A stretch of DNA of 64,000 nt, taken from Candidatus Bathyarchaeia archaeon (GTDB taxonomy: Archaea > Thermoproteota > Bathyarchaeia > Bathyarchaeales > Bathycorpusculaceae). The position numbers and the translations under genes are program-made. The stretch covers positions 32,001-96,000 of the forward strand of contig JBEKHN010000006.1 of assembly GCA_050012255.1 (NCBI GenBank), written 5' to 3'. Positions within the stretch are counted from its first letter, which is position 1, and the number at the start of each line of letters is the position of its first letter. Positions 1 to 10,308 of this stretch are shown here, piece by piece. The notes beneath the pieces are model-generated. The model was not told the DNA's origin and did no database searches. It saw only the letters and a list, made by a program, of their open reading frames with translations.

Positions 1-573
1 CGAAAGAAGTGACCTACTTCTGGTCTTTCTCGAAATATTGTGGAAATCATGTTGAACACGTCCAACAATATAACCAAAGAAAAGAGGCGCATAGTAATGG
101 GCAAATGCGAAAAGAGCCACGAAAAGAGTTTGTTTCTGAATTTGCAGTTTGATTGAGTCAATATAAAATCGGAAGATTTCGGAAAACTTTAATAGGATGT
201 CCTGACACTACGAATTGAGGGGGGCAAGCAATAAGAGAGCGGGAAAGTGATGTGATGGATAGATTTCAGCCATTCTCGGTGGAAGCCAGCCGAGCCTATT
301 CATCCTTCACCCCGAGAGATGCATAATCTAATATACGTTGGCTATTTCAACCTTGTGCCCCAAAACTGGTTCTAGTCAAACTGAAGCGCGCGCGCATCGC
401 GGAGCCTTACACTGGGACCTTCAGCTTAACCCCCCACAGTTCGAGAAAGGCGGACACTCCAAGAAGGCCGAAAGCTGACGCGAGGCCTAAAATTGTCCCC
501 AAATCACAAAAGACGATCGATCGAAAAGACGAATTAAGACCATTTTTAACCATTTTCGGAACGGGCATGCGCG

Positions 574-3339
574 CTATTTCCGTGAGCATATCTTTTGCCA
601 GTCACAGTAAACGCAATTCCTTGAGGGCTTGGGAGTAAAGGCGCGATCGATTATACGTGAGATTGCATGACTTGCTTCTTTTGTGGCTTTCTCAAGATGA
701 AGAGGAGCAATCTTTACGTATTCTTTCTGACGCTTGTGCTTTCGGTCTAGATGGTGAATGCATGCGCGCTTAGGGTTCAGGCCTAGTGATCTGAGACAAG
801 CAATGGCATAGAGCCTCAGCTGCAATTCATAGTCCTTCTTGTACAGATCGTCAGTTTCTTTCTCGGTTTTGAAATCTATGATTTCGACCTCCTTCACATT
901 TCCTTTCTCATCGAGTTTTTTCAGAAGGTCGATTTGCCCTGTTATCAGAGCTTCGCCAAGGACGAGCTCGAATCTTTTTTCGGTTTCAAGCACCTTTGTG
1001 AAGTCTGTCTTGTTTACCATCACATAGTTCTTGATTACTCTCTTTCCAGCTTTTTTCAGGTTGTCGGTAATCTTGGTCGTTGCATATCTTAAGAAGAAGT
1101 ATTTGTCAAAAAGCCCGTCTATGCTCGGCTCATCAGGGATTTTCTTACTGGTAATGAAGTCTTTGTAGATGATGTTAAGTATGTTGTGGAGTCTCGTTCC
1201 ATATCCGAATGCTGGCGGGACGCCTGCTTGATATCCATAAATGTTTCTGAGTAGATAGTCGTAGCCACATCTTCTGTAGCAGTTAATGTCGCTGAAGGAA
1301 GTGGGGAATATGCTACCGCTGATTTTTCTTGCAGGATATCCTGAGCGTTTCCTTGTTATGACCGCGTTGTGAGAGAAATTGGCGCAATGTGCGAGTTCGC
1401 CCATGAAAGGATGCGGTTCGAAAGCCGCCGGGCGCTTGTATGGGGTTCCATCTTTCTTTTTTCGTTTTGCTGAGCCCGTTATGAAAAGGTATTTCATGGA
1501 CCTCGTTATCGCAGTGTAATAGACTCTTCTCTCATCTTCTATGTCGCCCTCATACTTAGCTACGTCATATAGTTTCTCATCGATCAGGGTTCCCCCGAAC
1601 GCTCTGTGTCTTTCCTTGACAAAGCTTGGAATGAAGACCACAGGAAATTCAAGGCCTTTTGCCCGGTGTATTGTTAGGACTTTGACCGCGTTTATGAGTG
1701 CAGGATCATTGTGGCTGGTGTCTGCGTAGCTGTGCTTGCCGTAACCTTCGACAAACCCGAAGAAGTATTTGACTTCTGAAGCGCGCAGTCTTATCCACAC
1801 AGATTCATAGTCTGCTATTGCGCGGCTCAGGATCGCTAGGTTGTAGTTGTAGACATCGCGAAATTCGAATCTGTCAGCCCCAAAAGCTTGGATTATCTCA
1901 TGGAAATATGGTTGCAGGCCATATGCAAGATAGCCTCGTTTGCCTGTAGCCATGATCTTGCGAACAGCTTTCTTCATTCTCCCGAGAATTCTGACAAAGC
2001 GTCGTGCGTCAGACTTAGGATATTCACGTTTTGGAAAGACGGTGGTATATTCTGTCATTAACTCTCTGCTGGTCACTGTGTTGTCTTCAAAGGACAGGTT
2101 GAACAGATATGCCAAGCACTTCAGACTCAGTACGACCTCAGGTCTATTGAACACTTCTTCGCCTATGTCGAGGACGCAGTCGATGCCTTCCTCATCTAAG
2201 CGTCTGACTATCTTGGCGGCTTCGTCTCGTTTTCGGGTCAGGATCGCAAAGTCACCATATGATAGGGAAAACGGTGTGCCCTTCTTATCGCAAAAATCAG
2301 TTCCAGAAAGTGCTCCGATTCTGTCGACTATGAATGAAAACTCGTCATCTTCGGTGTCAAAATGGGTGTAGAACAGGTCATCGTTTTGAGGCTTGTTGGC
2401 CTGCTTCTTGCTGGGTTTCATTTCTTTGCGAAGCCTTCGTTTGTTATGTCTAATGAAATTCTTTGCGCAATCGATGATCTGAGATGTGCTCCTGAAATTA
2501 TGGGGAATAGGTACCGTGATCACATTATGATAGTTCTTCGGGAAGTTGATGATGTTATCAACAGTGGATCCGCGCCAGTTGTATACGCATTGATCGTCGT
2601 CGCCGACCACGCAAAGACTCCTGCCCCCTTTGGAGATCAGTTTTATCAACTTCTCCTGAAGAGGGTCCACGTCTTGATATTCATCCACTATGAGGTGCTG
2701 TACCTTTTCATGAAGCCTCTTTCTAGCGTCTTTGCTTTTCTCAAGTAGATCCACAAGACGATATATCATCGAAGTGAAATCGAGAAATCTATCTCTGTCC
2801 AAGAATGCATCATATTCATTACAACATCTCCGGAAATCCTTGTTTGAGAGGTCACTGGGGTTGACGTTTTCCATTCGCAGAATGTCATAGCTGTTTGAGA
2901 ATTCGAGAATGGTGTGAAACTTGCCGCCATCTTCCAGTTGAGGAAGGTTGGAATAGTTGTAGCGACGTGGCATTGCGAGAAAGGCCACTCTTTTTGGTTC
3001 GTCAAGTACATCGTAGCCTCTGTAATGGGGCTCGAGCTCTTTGAGCATCTCAAAACAGAAGCTATGTATTGTCCCAACGTACATGTCCCCTAGATCAGCC
3101 TTACTCGGACATTCTCTATCAAGAATGGATCTTATACGCGCTTTCAGTTCTTCAGCTGCCTTTTCAGTGAAAGTGAATGCAACGATTGACGCTGGTTTTT
3201 CGCCTTTTTTTACTAGTTCGGCGATTCTACTTGAAACAACTTCGGTTTTTCCTGATCCTGCACATGCAATGACCTGCAGATTGCCGGATAGATTGTTGAC
3301 GGCCTTCTTTTGTTGCTTTGTGAAAGGGAATTTTGGCAA
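574..3339 (-). CDS. UvrD/REP (SF1A) helicase fused to a C-terminal RecB-type PD-(D/E)XK nuclease with Fe-S staple
   Basis: Walker A IACAGSGKT, FTFTEKAA, VDEYQD, VGDDDQCVY, NFRS, LTIHRAKGLEF, EDERRVYYTAITR; nuclease GQIDLL..IIDFKT..QLRLY; Cys in RRCGY plus CVYCDWQKIC. Confidence 0.9.
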   Translation of the reverse strand: MPKFPFTKQQKKAVNNLSGNLQVIACAGSGKTEVVSSRIAELVKKGEKPASIVAFTFTEKAAEELKARIRSILDRECPSKADLGDMYVGTIHSFCFEMLKELEPHYRGYDVLDEPKRVAFLAMPRRYNYSNLPQLEDGGKFHTILEFSNSYDILRMENVNPSDLSNKDFRRCCNEYDAFLDRDRFLDFTSMIYRLVDLLEKSKDARKRLHEKVQHLIVDEYQDVDPLQEKLIKLISKGGRSLCVVGDDDQCVYNWRGSTVDNIINFPKNYHNVITVPIPHNFRSTSQIIDCAKNFIRHNKRRLRKEMKPSKKQANKPQNDDLFYTHFDTEDDEFSFIVDRIGALSGTDFCDKKGTPFSLSYGDFAILTRKRDEAAKIVRRLDEEGIDCVLDIGEEVFNRPEVVLSLKCLAYLFNLSFEDNTVTSRELMTEYTTVFPKREYPKSDARRFVRILGRMKKAVRKIMATGKRGYLAYGLQPYFHEIIQAFGADRFEFRDVYNYNLAILSRAIADYESVWIRLRASEVKYFFGFVEGYGKHSYADTSHNDPALINAVKVLTIHRAKGLEFPVVFIPSFVKERHRAFGGTLIDEKLYDVAKYEGDIEDERRVYYTAITRSMKYLFITGSAKRKKKDGTPYKRPAAFEPHPFMGELAHCANFSHNAVITRKRSGYPARKISGSIFPTSFSDINCYRRCGYDYLLRNIYGYQAGVPPAFGYGTRLHNILNIIYKDFITSKKIPDEPSIDGLFDKYFFLRYATTKITDNLKKAGKRVIKNYVMVNKTDFTKVLETEKRFELVLGEALITGQIDLLKKLDEKGNVKEVEIIDFKTEKETDDLYKKDYELQLRLYAIACLRSLGLNPKRACIHHLDRKHKRQKEYVKIAPLHLEKATKEASHAISRIIDRAFTPKPSRNCVYCDWQKICSRK

Positions 3340-3492
3340 TTTGCCTCACACAAAGGTAGGAAAAGGAAGAGTTATTAGATTTGCGCATTGACCATTCGCA
3401 TTGAGAGTCAGATTAAGACGGGCGTGACAGTATTGCAACTCCACTTTTCTGATAAGGACGGGTCTTTGTTGGCTTTTCAGAATGCGCACAGA

Positions 3493-4131
3493 ATGTTCAA
3501 TATCATATCCAAGACGTGGAATCCGGTAGTCGGGTGTCTGCATTCGTGTTCCTATTGCTGGGCAAGAAGACTGGTGGGCACTAGGCTGAAGAACTCGGAG
3601 AAGTATAAAGATGGTTTCACACCCAAACTTGTTGAGAAGGAACTGAGAAAGAGATTCTACAATCAGTTTGTTTTTGTCTCTGACATGGGTGACCTATTTG
3701 GAGAATGGGTGCCCTCAGAATGGATAACGAAAGTATTGGATACTGTCAGACAAAACCCTGACAGTACATTCCTATTCTTGACTAAGAACCCAGGAAAATA
3801 TAAGGAATTCCTTGGTTTGTTTCCTGAAAACATAGTTCTTGGAGCCACACTGGAATCCAATAGAGAATACGCAGTCTCCAAGGCCCCTTTGCCCTTTGAG
3901 AGGTACAGAAGCATGGCAGACATTCAATTCGATCACAAGCTTGTCTGTATAGAGCCGATAATGGACTTTGATCTGGAAACGTTTGTTCAATGGATCAAGG
4001 ACATAAAACCATCAGTAGTCTATGTTGGATATGACAACTATAACAACAGGCTCACTGAACCCAATCTGACCAAAACTGAACAGCTAATAGATCAACTAAG
4101 TGCCTTTACAAAGGTGAAGACAAAGTTTTAA
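3493..4131 (+). CDS. DUF5131 / phage Gp37Gp68-like radical-SAM-type protein
   Basis: TWNPVVGCLHSCSYCWA (CxxxCxxC), FVSDMGDLFG, FLFLTKNP, IEPI; ORF is open from 3388 but ATG 3493 is the likely start. Confidence 0.8.
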   Translation: MFNIISKTWNPVVGCLHSCSYCWARRLVGTRLKNSEKYKDGFTPKLVEKELRKRFYNQFVFVSDMGDLFGEWVPSEWITKVLDTVRQNPDSTFLFLTKNPGKYKEFLGLFPENIVLGATLESNREYAVSKAPLPFERYRSMADIQFDHKLVCIEPIMDFDLETFVQWIKDIKPSVVYVGYDNYNNRLTEPNLTKTEQLIDQLSAFTKVKTKF

Positions 4132-4231
4132 GCGCGCGAAAAGACAGAGGGGTGCACGAGGAGCGTTGGCTGTTAAAGTCTTATTAGAGTAGTGCCCGCA
4201 CTGCTTTAGCGAGTTTAGGAGATCGGACAGA

Positions 4232-5305
4232 ATGGAGCGCACCGTTGCCGTCAGCTACCTGCAAAACATTATGGGAAGTAACAAGGCCATGGGGCTTGTC
4301 GCTCAAGCTGATTTTCAAAAATGGGTACATGAGTGCGGTGGCAATGTCGAAAGAAAGTACTTTAATGGTTGCTGGGTTATGTCTCCGAAGGGTTCAACCG
4401 CAAACAAGAGAATGTGTTTTTTTGTTCATGAGAAAATTGAGACAAAAGAAGCACTTCAATCTGCCGTTGATTCCTTGATTTTGAATAGAGGTTTTCATGG
4501 TCTTTGCGGTTCTATGGTTCGGTCCGGATTCGGTGTTTTCCACTGCTTTGCGATTGGCAACTCCAATACTGGGAACCTCGGGGATCTAGAATGGACATTG
4601 TACAGATATCGAAACGAGAATCTTAGCCAAATAGACGCTCAGCAACTCTTTGCGATCTGGCCAGGAAGAGGAAGAGCAGGCCGCAGGGCTGCATGGGATG
4701 CTCGCGTCATAGACAGGTACCAAGTTCTCGATCTCCACGTCCTCGAATCGCTCGTGTTGAATCAAGTCTTCTTTAATTCATTCGTTAAAGAACTGATGAA
4801 AAAGCCTGTTGCCGATCCCTATGATGTCGATGGCTTTTTTGTTTCATATGAAGGAAAGATCCTGCCGTTGGAGATAAAGGAAAAATTTCCTTTTGAGGCA
4901 AATAGGGTCAAGCTTCTTGGAATTGACGCGGGGAGAATACTCATGCTGATGCGGATATGTCTTCCTTTGGACTGTAATGGTCTCTACATAATTAGGGAAG
5001 TTGAGGATTCTCCGCAGAGACGTTTTGTGGGTTGGAAAATGACGACCCTTGATTCTATAGTCATGAACTCCAACTGGACCCTTCAAGCTGGCGGTACAGG
5101 CATGACAGGTGGTCCAACACAGACCGTGACATTTCCATACGAGTGCTTTTCAGATCTCAATGCACAGACATTTTCTGATGAAAGCCTGCATAGAATCAGC
5201 GAATTTTCGAAGATTATCAAGGAAAAGGCAGCTGCTTTTCAAGACGGGGTTGAGAGATTTATTGAGTCTGCTTCATCTCAATCTCAGCGGAGCCTACCTG
5301 CTTGA
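4232..5305 (+). CDS. Putative type II restriction endonuclease (PD-(D/E)XK)
   Basis: DPYDVDGF...LEIKEK motif; convergent with, and overlapping the end of, a C5 methyltransferase. Confidence 0.55.
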   Translation: MERTVAVSYLQNIMGSNKAMGLVAQADFQKWVHECGGNVERKYFNGCWVMSPKGSTANKRMCFFVHEKIETKEALQSAVDSLILNRGFHGLCGSMVRSGFGVFHCFAIGNSNTGNLGDLEWTLYRYRNENLSQIDAQQLFAIWPGRGRAGRRAAWDARVIDRYQVLDLHVLESLVLNQVFFNSFVKELMKKPVADPYDVDGFFVSYEGKILPLEIKEKFPFEANRVKLLGIDAGRILMLMRICLPLDCNGLYIIREVEDSPQRRFVGWKMTTLDSIVMNSNWTLQAGGTGMTGGPTQTVTFPYECFSDLNAQTFSDESLHRISEFSKIIKEKAAAFQDGVERFIESASSQSQRSLPA

Positions 5306-6296
5306 GAATGCTGTCCCCAATTGCTTTGGCAAGAAGCACAGGAACTGCATTACCGACTTGCCTGTACTGGAACTGGAATTTGACATAGTTCAGGGCCATT
5401 ATGGGTCCGCAGAAAACGTAGTCGGTTGGAAAACTCTGAAGCGTTGCGACCTCTCTAACTGTTCCCGTTCTTGGTTCCGAAGGATGCGTCCAGTCATCTC
5501 GACAATGTCCGGTTATGCATCTCGACGGTTTGTCCAAGTCGTCTCTAAACCTCCAGTTCTTCCAAGCAGAGCCCGGAGCTAAACTTGCCAGTTTCTTCTT
5601 TTTCTTTTCGGTATGTCTTGGCATGTCCTGATTCGGCATGTCTGGCGTCAGCTTCGAGAATGCCTGTCTGATTGTGACATACAGCGGGAGTCCGAGAAGA
5701 TTATGCACTGGAGAATACGTTGGTTCAGGGAACCTCAGAAGGAGCCCATCTCTCGAACCAAGAAGAAACAACCGCTTTCTTATTTGGGGAACACCATAGT
5801 TGGCCGAATTTAGTATTTGGGGATTCACTTTGTAGTCAAGTGAGCTGAAAGCATCCAGCACTCTTTGAAAGACCTCGCCACCCGCTTTGTTCAGCAGTCC
5901 GGGCACATTTTCCATGAGGAAAGCTCTTGGGCGAATCTCTCTTACGAATCGACGGAAGTGAAGGAACAAGTTATCGCGGGGGTCGTCAACTGACCTGCCT
6001 CCTTTAGGGATCTTTGCTATAGTAAAGGATTGACATGGAGGGCCTCCCGCGATTAGATCTATCTGTTCTTTTTCCAATCGTATAGATTTCAGAACTTTCG
6101 ACACGTCTAGTTTCGTGATGTCTCTTCGAAAGACCTTTGCATCTGGAAAGTATTTGGGGGCATTACGTCGCAACGTCTGGCAGCAATATTTGTCGATTTC
6201 CACCAAGGCTGTTGTCGAGAACCCTGCCGCTTCGAGACCTAGAGCTAGCCCCCCAGCACCCGCGAAGAGTTCGATTGATTTGGGCCTTCTCTCCAT
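5259..6296 (-). CDS. DNA (cytosine-5)-methyltransferase
   Basis: Motifs LFAGAGG, GGPPCQSF, MENVPG, PQIRKR, QVGNAVP; ORF is open to 6362, likely ATG 6296. Confidence 0.95.
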   Translation of the reverse strand: MERRPKSIELFAGAGGLALGLEAAGFSTTALVEIDKYCCQTLRRNAPKYFPDAKVFRRDITKLDVSKVLKSIRLEKEQIDLIAGGPPCQSFTIAKIPKGGRSVDDPRDNLFLHFRRFVREIRPRAFLMENVPGLLNKAGGEVFQRVLDAFSSLDYKVNPQILNSANYGVPQIRKRLFLLGSRDGLLLRFPEPTYSPVHNLLGLPLYVTIRQAFSKLTPDMPNQDMPRHTEKKKKKLASLAPGSAWKNWRFRDDLDKPSRCITGHCRDDWTHPSEPRTGTVREVATLQSFPTDYVFCGPIMALNYVKFQFQYRQVGNAVPVLLAKAIGDSILKQVGSAEIEMKQTQ

Positions 6297-6364
6297 GATG
6301 ATACAACTGCTCAATTCTTCTTTTATATTTGGTGCCTTCTCATATATGAATCGGTAGGACACCG

Positions 6365-7024
6365 ATGGAAGCTTCGGTCAAGGCCAAATCTGCCTTTGCA
6401 GCGTTGCTTTTGGAGTGGTACCAGAAGAACGGCCGGTGTTTTCCGTGGAGGAACAAGAAAGATCCTTATCAAATCCTGATAGCTGAAATAATGCTTCAGC
6501 GTACAAGAGCGGGTCAGGTTGTCCCTGTTTATCTGAATTTTCTTCGAGATTTTCCAACCATAAATGCGTTGAAAAAGGCACCGGTTGAGCGGATTGAGCG
6601 ATATTTCGGCAAGTTGGGGCTACGTTGGAGGGCCGGTCGAGTTAAACAAATGGCAGAAGACATCGCTGAAAGGTTCAAATCTGGGATCCCATCTGATCGT
6701 GAGCAACTTCTTTCCATTCCATCGATTGGAGATTACATTGCTGACGCCATGCTGGCATTTGCCTATGGGAAAAACGTTGCAGTGGTCGACTCGAACGTCT
6801 GCAGGGTAATTGGTAGAGTGTTCGGTCTTGACTCGAAAAGGGAAGCAAGAAGGAAACTGCTATTCAGGAATATTCCGAATAGTCTGCTTCCCGCTGGAAA
6901 GGCGAGGGAGTTTAACTGGGCGATGATAGATCTTGCTTCGCTTGTATGTCTGCCAAGAAAACCTCTGTGCTCGAAATGTCCACTCAACAGGGTCTGTGAT
7001 TTCGCTCAAACTCTTAGCTTTTAA
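6365..7024 (+). CDS. HhH-GPD DNA glycosylase, Mig/MutY-like (probable T/G mismatch glycosylase)
   Basis: FPWR..DPYQILIAEIMLQRT, IPSIGDY, VDSNVCRV, CX6CX2CX5C cluster; 219 aa with no MutY C-terminal NUDIX-like domain. Confidence 0.85.
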   Translation: MEASVKAKSAFAALLLEWYQKNGRCFPWRNKKDPYQILIAEIMLQRTRAGQVVPVYLNFLRDFPTINALKKAPVERIERYFGKLGLRWRAGRVKQMAEDIAERFKSGIPSDREQLLSIPSIGDYIADAMLAFAYGKNVAVVDSNVCRVIGRVFGLDSKREARRKLLFRNIPNSLLPAGKAREFNWAMIDLASLVCLPRKPLCSKCPLNRVCDFAQTLSF

Positions 7025-7039
7025 ATTCCGAGCGGTCCA

Positions 7040-8386
7040 TTGACGAATCAATCATCATGTTGCCCGAGCATGCAACAAACATTTTTCGGCACCCTCAAGG
7101 TCATCGATAATATCATGACCGTGTTCCTCACAGATTTCATCGACAACGATTTTGCGATGAAGAGCCAAGACCACCGTGTGGCCGTTGCAGGATTCGTTGA
7201 CCACGATATTCCTCAACGATTGGCCTCGGCAGAAAGTTTCCTGAGCGGCGCTGACGCTTTTCTTAACAGATTCTCGCTTTCCCCTCCCGATGAACGTAAA
7301 GAGAAGATGAAACAGGAATTTGGGAATGATCTGGCCAATTTTCTTTTCATAAGCTCGGTCTTAAACTATGGCAACATAGGAACTTCTGAAACTCTTTTTC
7401 TGAATCTGATGGATTTGTATCGAAGATATCGGTTTCTTTTTCGGCCGAACGATCAGTTCTGGGTTAAGCTTCGACAGATGAATGCAGAGCAGTCAAAAAG
7501 AGTTATGGAGAGTCTTCTAGTCCCGTTGAGTGGGTTGTTCAGAACAGATTTCAGAAAAGTGATAGTCCCTAGTTGGACGGCCAGCATAAACTTCATTCGA
7601 AATGCCTGCGAGGGCGATTCCGGTAACCTATTCCATCATATCGCTAGATCCTTGATGATAAATGAAGATAATCCGTCGGCTCTTGCAATAATACAAGGTT
7701 TACTTAGTGGTAAAGGAAGAAACAGGGTCAAAAAGCAACTTGGCATGAATTTCGCGTTGGGACCCAAGACGGTTTTACTTCTATTGTCAGTAATGACGGA
7801 AAATCGCCGGGGATTCGGCGTTTTGAGAGGTGTGACGAGGGAGCAGATCAAAGAGTTGAAAGCCCCAGTAGACTCGGCCGTTGTCAGGGTGATGCTCAAT
7901 ACAGGCTTAGTCAAGATAACCTTTGTCAATCCAACACTAGCACAGGGGAAGCTTGCTAGGACAGATCTAACGGATGTCTGTCAGCGCGGAATGGACTTGT
8001 TAGCAGAAAGGCTAGGCATTCTGCCTATCGAATTAGATGAATACGTGTGGGCAATAGGGACGATACCGTGCAAGCATCGGGGTGCCTTCTGTTTCATCTG
8101 TCCGCTGACTGAAATCTGCGATTCTTGGAGGCAGGGATACGTAAGAGAAAGCAGTGGAGCTGAGTATCTCAATAGGTGCTTCTCGTTCGCAAGGCCGCAA
8201 ACAGAAAAGAATGCATTATACTTGCGAGGGTGTCAAACATGTCCTCAACAGTCATCTTGCATACTTATCGATGCCGAAAGGGGGATTCGGCATCCAAGAT
8301 ACGGGCCGGAGTATTTGTCGAGACGGTTTAGCAGTTTAGCCGAAAAATTGCTCCCAGAAGAACTTGAAAGGATCGTGACATCCTAG
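7040..8386 (+). CDS. Divergent enlarged EndoIII/HhH-GPD-superfamily protein with Fe-S cluster loop
   Basis: LGPK (HhH-like), PVDSAVVRV, CKHRGAFCFICPLTEIC (CX6CX2CX5C); start uncertain. Confidence 0.55.
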   Translation: MTNQSSCCPSMQQTFFGTLKVIDNIMTVFLTDFIDNDFAMKSQDHRVAVAGFVDHDIPQRLASAESFLSGADAFLNRFSLSPPDERKEKMKQEFGNDLANFLFISSVLNYGNIGTSETLFLNLMDLYRRYRFLFRPNDQFWVKLRQMNAEQSKRVMESLLVPLSGLFRTDFRKVIVPSWTASINFIRNACEGDSGNLFHHIARSLMINEDNPSALAIIQGLLSGKGRNRVKKQLGMNFALGPKTVLLLLSVMTENRRGFGVLRGVTREQIKELKAPVDSAVVRVMLNTGLVKITFVNPTLAQGKLARTDLTDVCQRGMDLLAERLGILPIELDEYVWAIGTIPCKHRGAFCFICPLTEICDSWRQGYVRESSGAEYLNRCFSFARPQTEKNALYLRGCQTCPQQSSCILIDAERGIRHPRYGPEYLSRRFSSLAEKLLPEELERIVTS

Positions 8387-8407
8387 CAATATTGAAGATG
8401 AATCGTT

Positions 8408-8686
8408 TCAGGTTATTTCTCCGCTATGAAAATCAAAATCGATTTTGCTTCGCACAATTCTGTAGCGTATATCCCTTTCTCTATTGTCATAGTATTTTTC
8501 CACAAGTCCTGCGGCCGCGAGTTTCTCGAGAGCCCTGTAGACGGATTCTCTGTACTTAATTTGGAATCCCCGTAGGTTAAGCTGGTCAAGAACCTCCCTA
8601 ACGGTCTTTGATTTAACTGCCAATATTTTGATGATTTCGATTCGTGTTCCGGAACTCAAAGCTGCGAATATTTTTTGCGGTTGCAT
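8408..8686 (-). CDS. ArsR-like winged-helix transcription regulator
   Basis: FAALSSGTRIEIIKIL...VYRALEKLAAAGLV pattern, 92 aa. Confidence 0.75.
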   Translation of the reverse strand: MQPQKIFAALSSGTRIEIIKILAVKSKTVREVLDQLNLRGFQIKYRESVYRALEKLAAAGLVEKYYDNRERDIRYRIVRSKIDFDFHSGEIT

Positions 8687-9136
8687 TGCATTTCTAGCAG
8701 AAGATTGCAGGATATATCACTTTGTTGCGTACTCAGACAACAAAGGCATTTCATTCTGGGTTAACAAAAGCAAGATGCTGTTGTAACGGCGACTACGAAG
8801 GATGGAGAAGAAAATGCCATTTGAGAGCCTATCGCACAGACACACAGTCTCTATTGGAGACTTCCCCTCACAATGGCTTCCGTTTATCCATCTTTATGAC
8901 GCGGATCTCATCATGTTTCCACTTCAGTATTTTCATATCCTCTCTCCTGATCTCAAGGCGGGGCAGTCACCGGGAACGGATGACAGGGTCTTTGGCTACA
9001 TAGAGAGAACACGCTTTGTGGATTCACGAGCGCGCGCGCTAACTTTTCCGCAAAACCAAATATGCCGAAGGCATTATGTCGAAAGTGCAGAACAGAAAAA
9101 CAAGTTCTTAATACCGAGTTGAATGCCTATTAAAGC

Positions 9137-9598
9137 TTAGAATTTTTTTCGGAAGCCGTTTGAGAGTTTGGGTCTTCCAGCTAAGTATCGATACAAGAGA
9201 TAAGTTTCCAATTTTGGGTCTTTGGACTCTGCGTTTATCATGTGAAGTAGCAGAAATAGTGCTGTATTTGGACTTTCGTTAGAGATAACGGCGAGAGTGC
9301 CGTCAATTATTATTCCTTTTTTTGTCAAGTCTGTATTAAAGAGAAGGTCGGTGTTCAGCATTGCCTCTCTTATTTTGTGGATTTCTTCATAATTTTGCGC
9401 TTTAGCTACTCGGATTATTTCAGACCTGATGTTATTCCAATTTTGCTTACTGACTATGGCAAACGCTGTTTTCCTATCTGAGGGGTATTGAGTATCAATC
9501 GCCTCCTTCACCCAGCTGACTACCTCTTCTGCTGAATGTTTCTCGAGGTTTTGAAGAGCTTTTATTTTCGTTTTCGCTTCTAAGTACATATCAGTCAT
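9137..9598 (-). CDS. Hypothetical protein
   Basis: 153-aa ATG ORF with protein-like composition in AT-rich DNA. Confidence 0.6.
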   Translation of the reverse strand: MTDMYLEAKTKIKALQNLEKHSAEEVVSWVKEAIDTQYPSDRKTAFAIVSKQNWNNIRSEIIRVAKAQNYEEIHKIREAMLNTDLLFNTDLTKKGIIIDGTLAVISNESPNTALFLLLHMINAESKDPKLETYLLYRYLAGRPKLSNGFRKKF

Positions 9599-9797
9599 TT
9601 TGTCTTCCCAGCTATTTAGTATTGCAAGCGTTTAAGCGTTGTTTTTGTCAGCCATAAGGGTATAACGGAAGCGCGAGCACTTAGCCATCACCGAAAGTTG
9701 ACATGGAGAAGGTTTCACCGAAGACTTGACAGCTCCCGAGTCTAACAAAGACAGAAATCTTAAAACAGCATAGCAACAGAGGACAAGTGCAGAGATT

Positions 9798-10175
9798 ATG
9801 GAAATAACAGAAAAAGAAAGACTAATGCTCACTAAGAAAAAAGAGCTAATATGTGGATTAACGCTGAAAGTTTTGGATATGGCACATGACCCAGAATGTT
9901 CCTTAGAAATTAAGAAGACTGTGACAACTATATTATCAGAACTAAATACAATAGCATCTTATTCAAATTCCAAAAATCACGGTTTAGATAGATTTGAAGA
10001 CGGTGCCAATATAATTTTCAAACACTTTGACCTTAAAGAGTACGTTCTTGCCGAGTGTATGTGTGAAGTTTTCTGCAATGCGGTGAATTCCGTAAGATTC
10101 GATTTTACGAAGAAAGGGTTAAAGATACGCTTCCCTAAGATAAATCTCAATCTGGGTTTCATCACCAACAAGTAA
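9798..10175 (+). CDS. Hypothetical protein
   Basis: 125-aa ATG ORF, AT-rich. Confidence 0.55.
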   Translation: MEITEKERLMLTKKKELICGLTLKVLDMAHDPECSLEIKKTVTTILSELNTIASYSNSKNHGLDRFEDGANIIFKHFDLKEYVLAECMCEVFCNAVNSVRFDFTKKGLKIRFPKINLNLGFITNK

Positions 10176-10308
10176 CAAAAGGCTCTAGTCAAGCTGAAAG
10201 AGGGTTAATAGAAATCTTTAATCTGCACAACACCATAAGACAAACTAGAGGTTCAAAAATGACTCCACAAGTTCCGTCACCGTCAAAACGCTAAGGAGAA
10301 AGCCGATG

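Noticed and set aside
8722-9122. Plus-strand ORFs of 93 and 106 aa, and a 22-aa minus-strand peptide (8868-8936) behind a purine-rich tract
   Set aside because: No recognisable motifs; mutually overlapping; coding cannot be supported from sequence alone.
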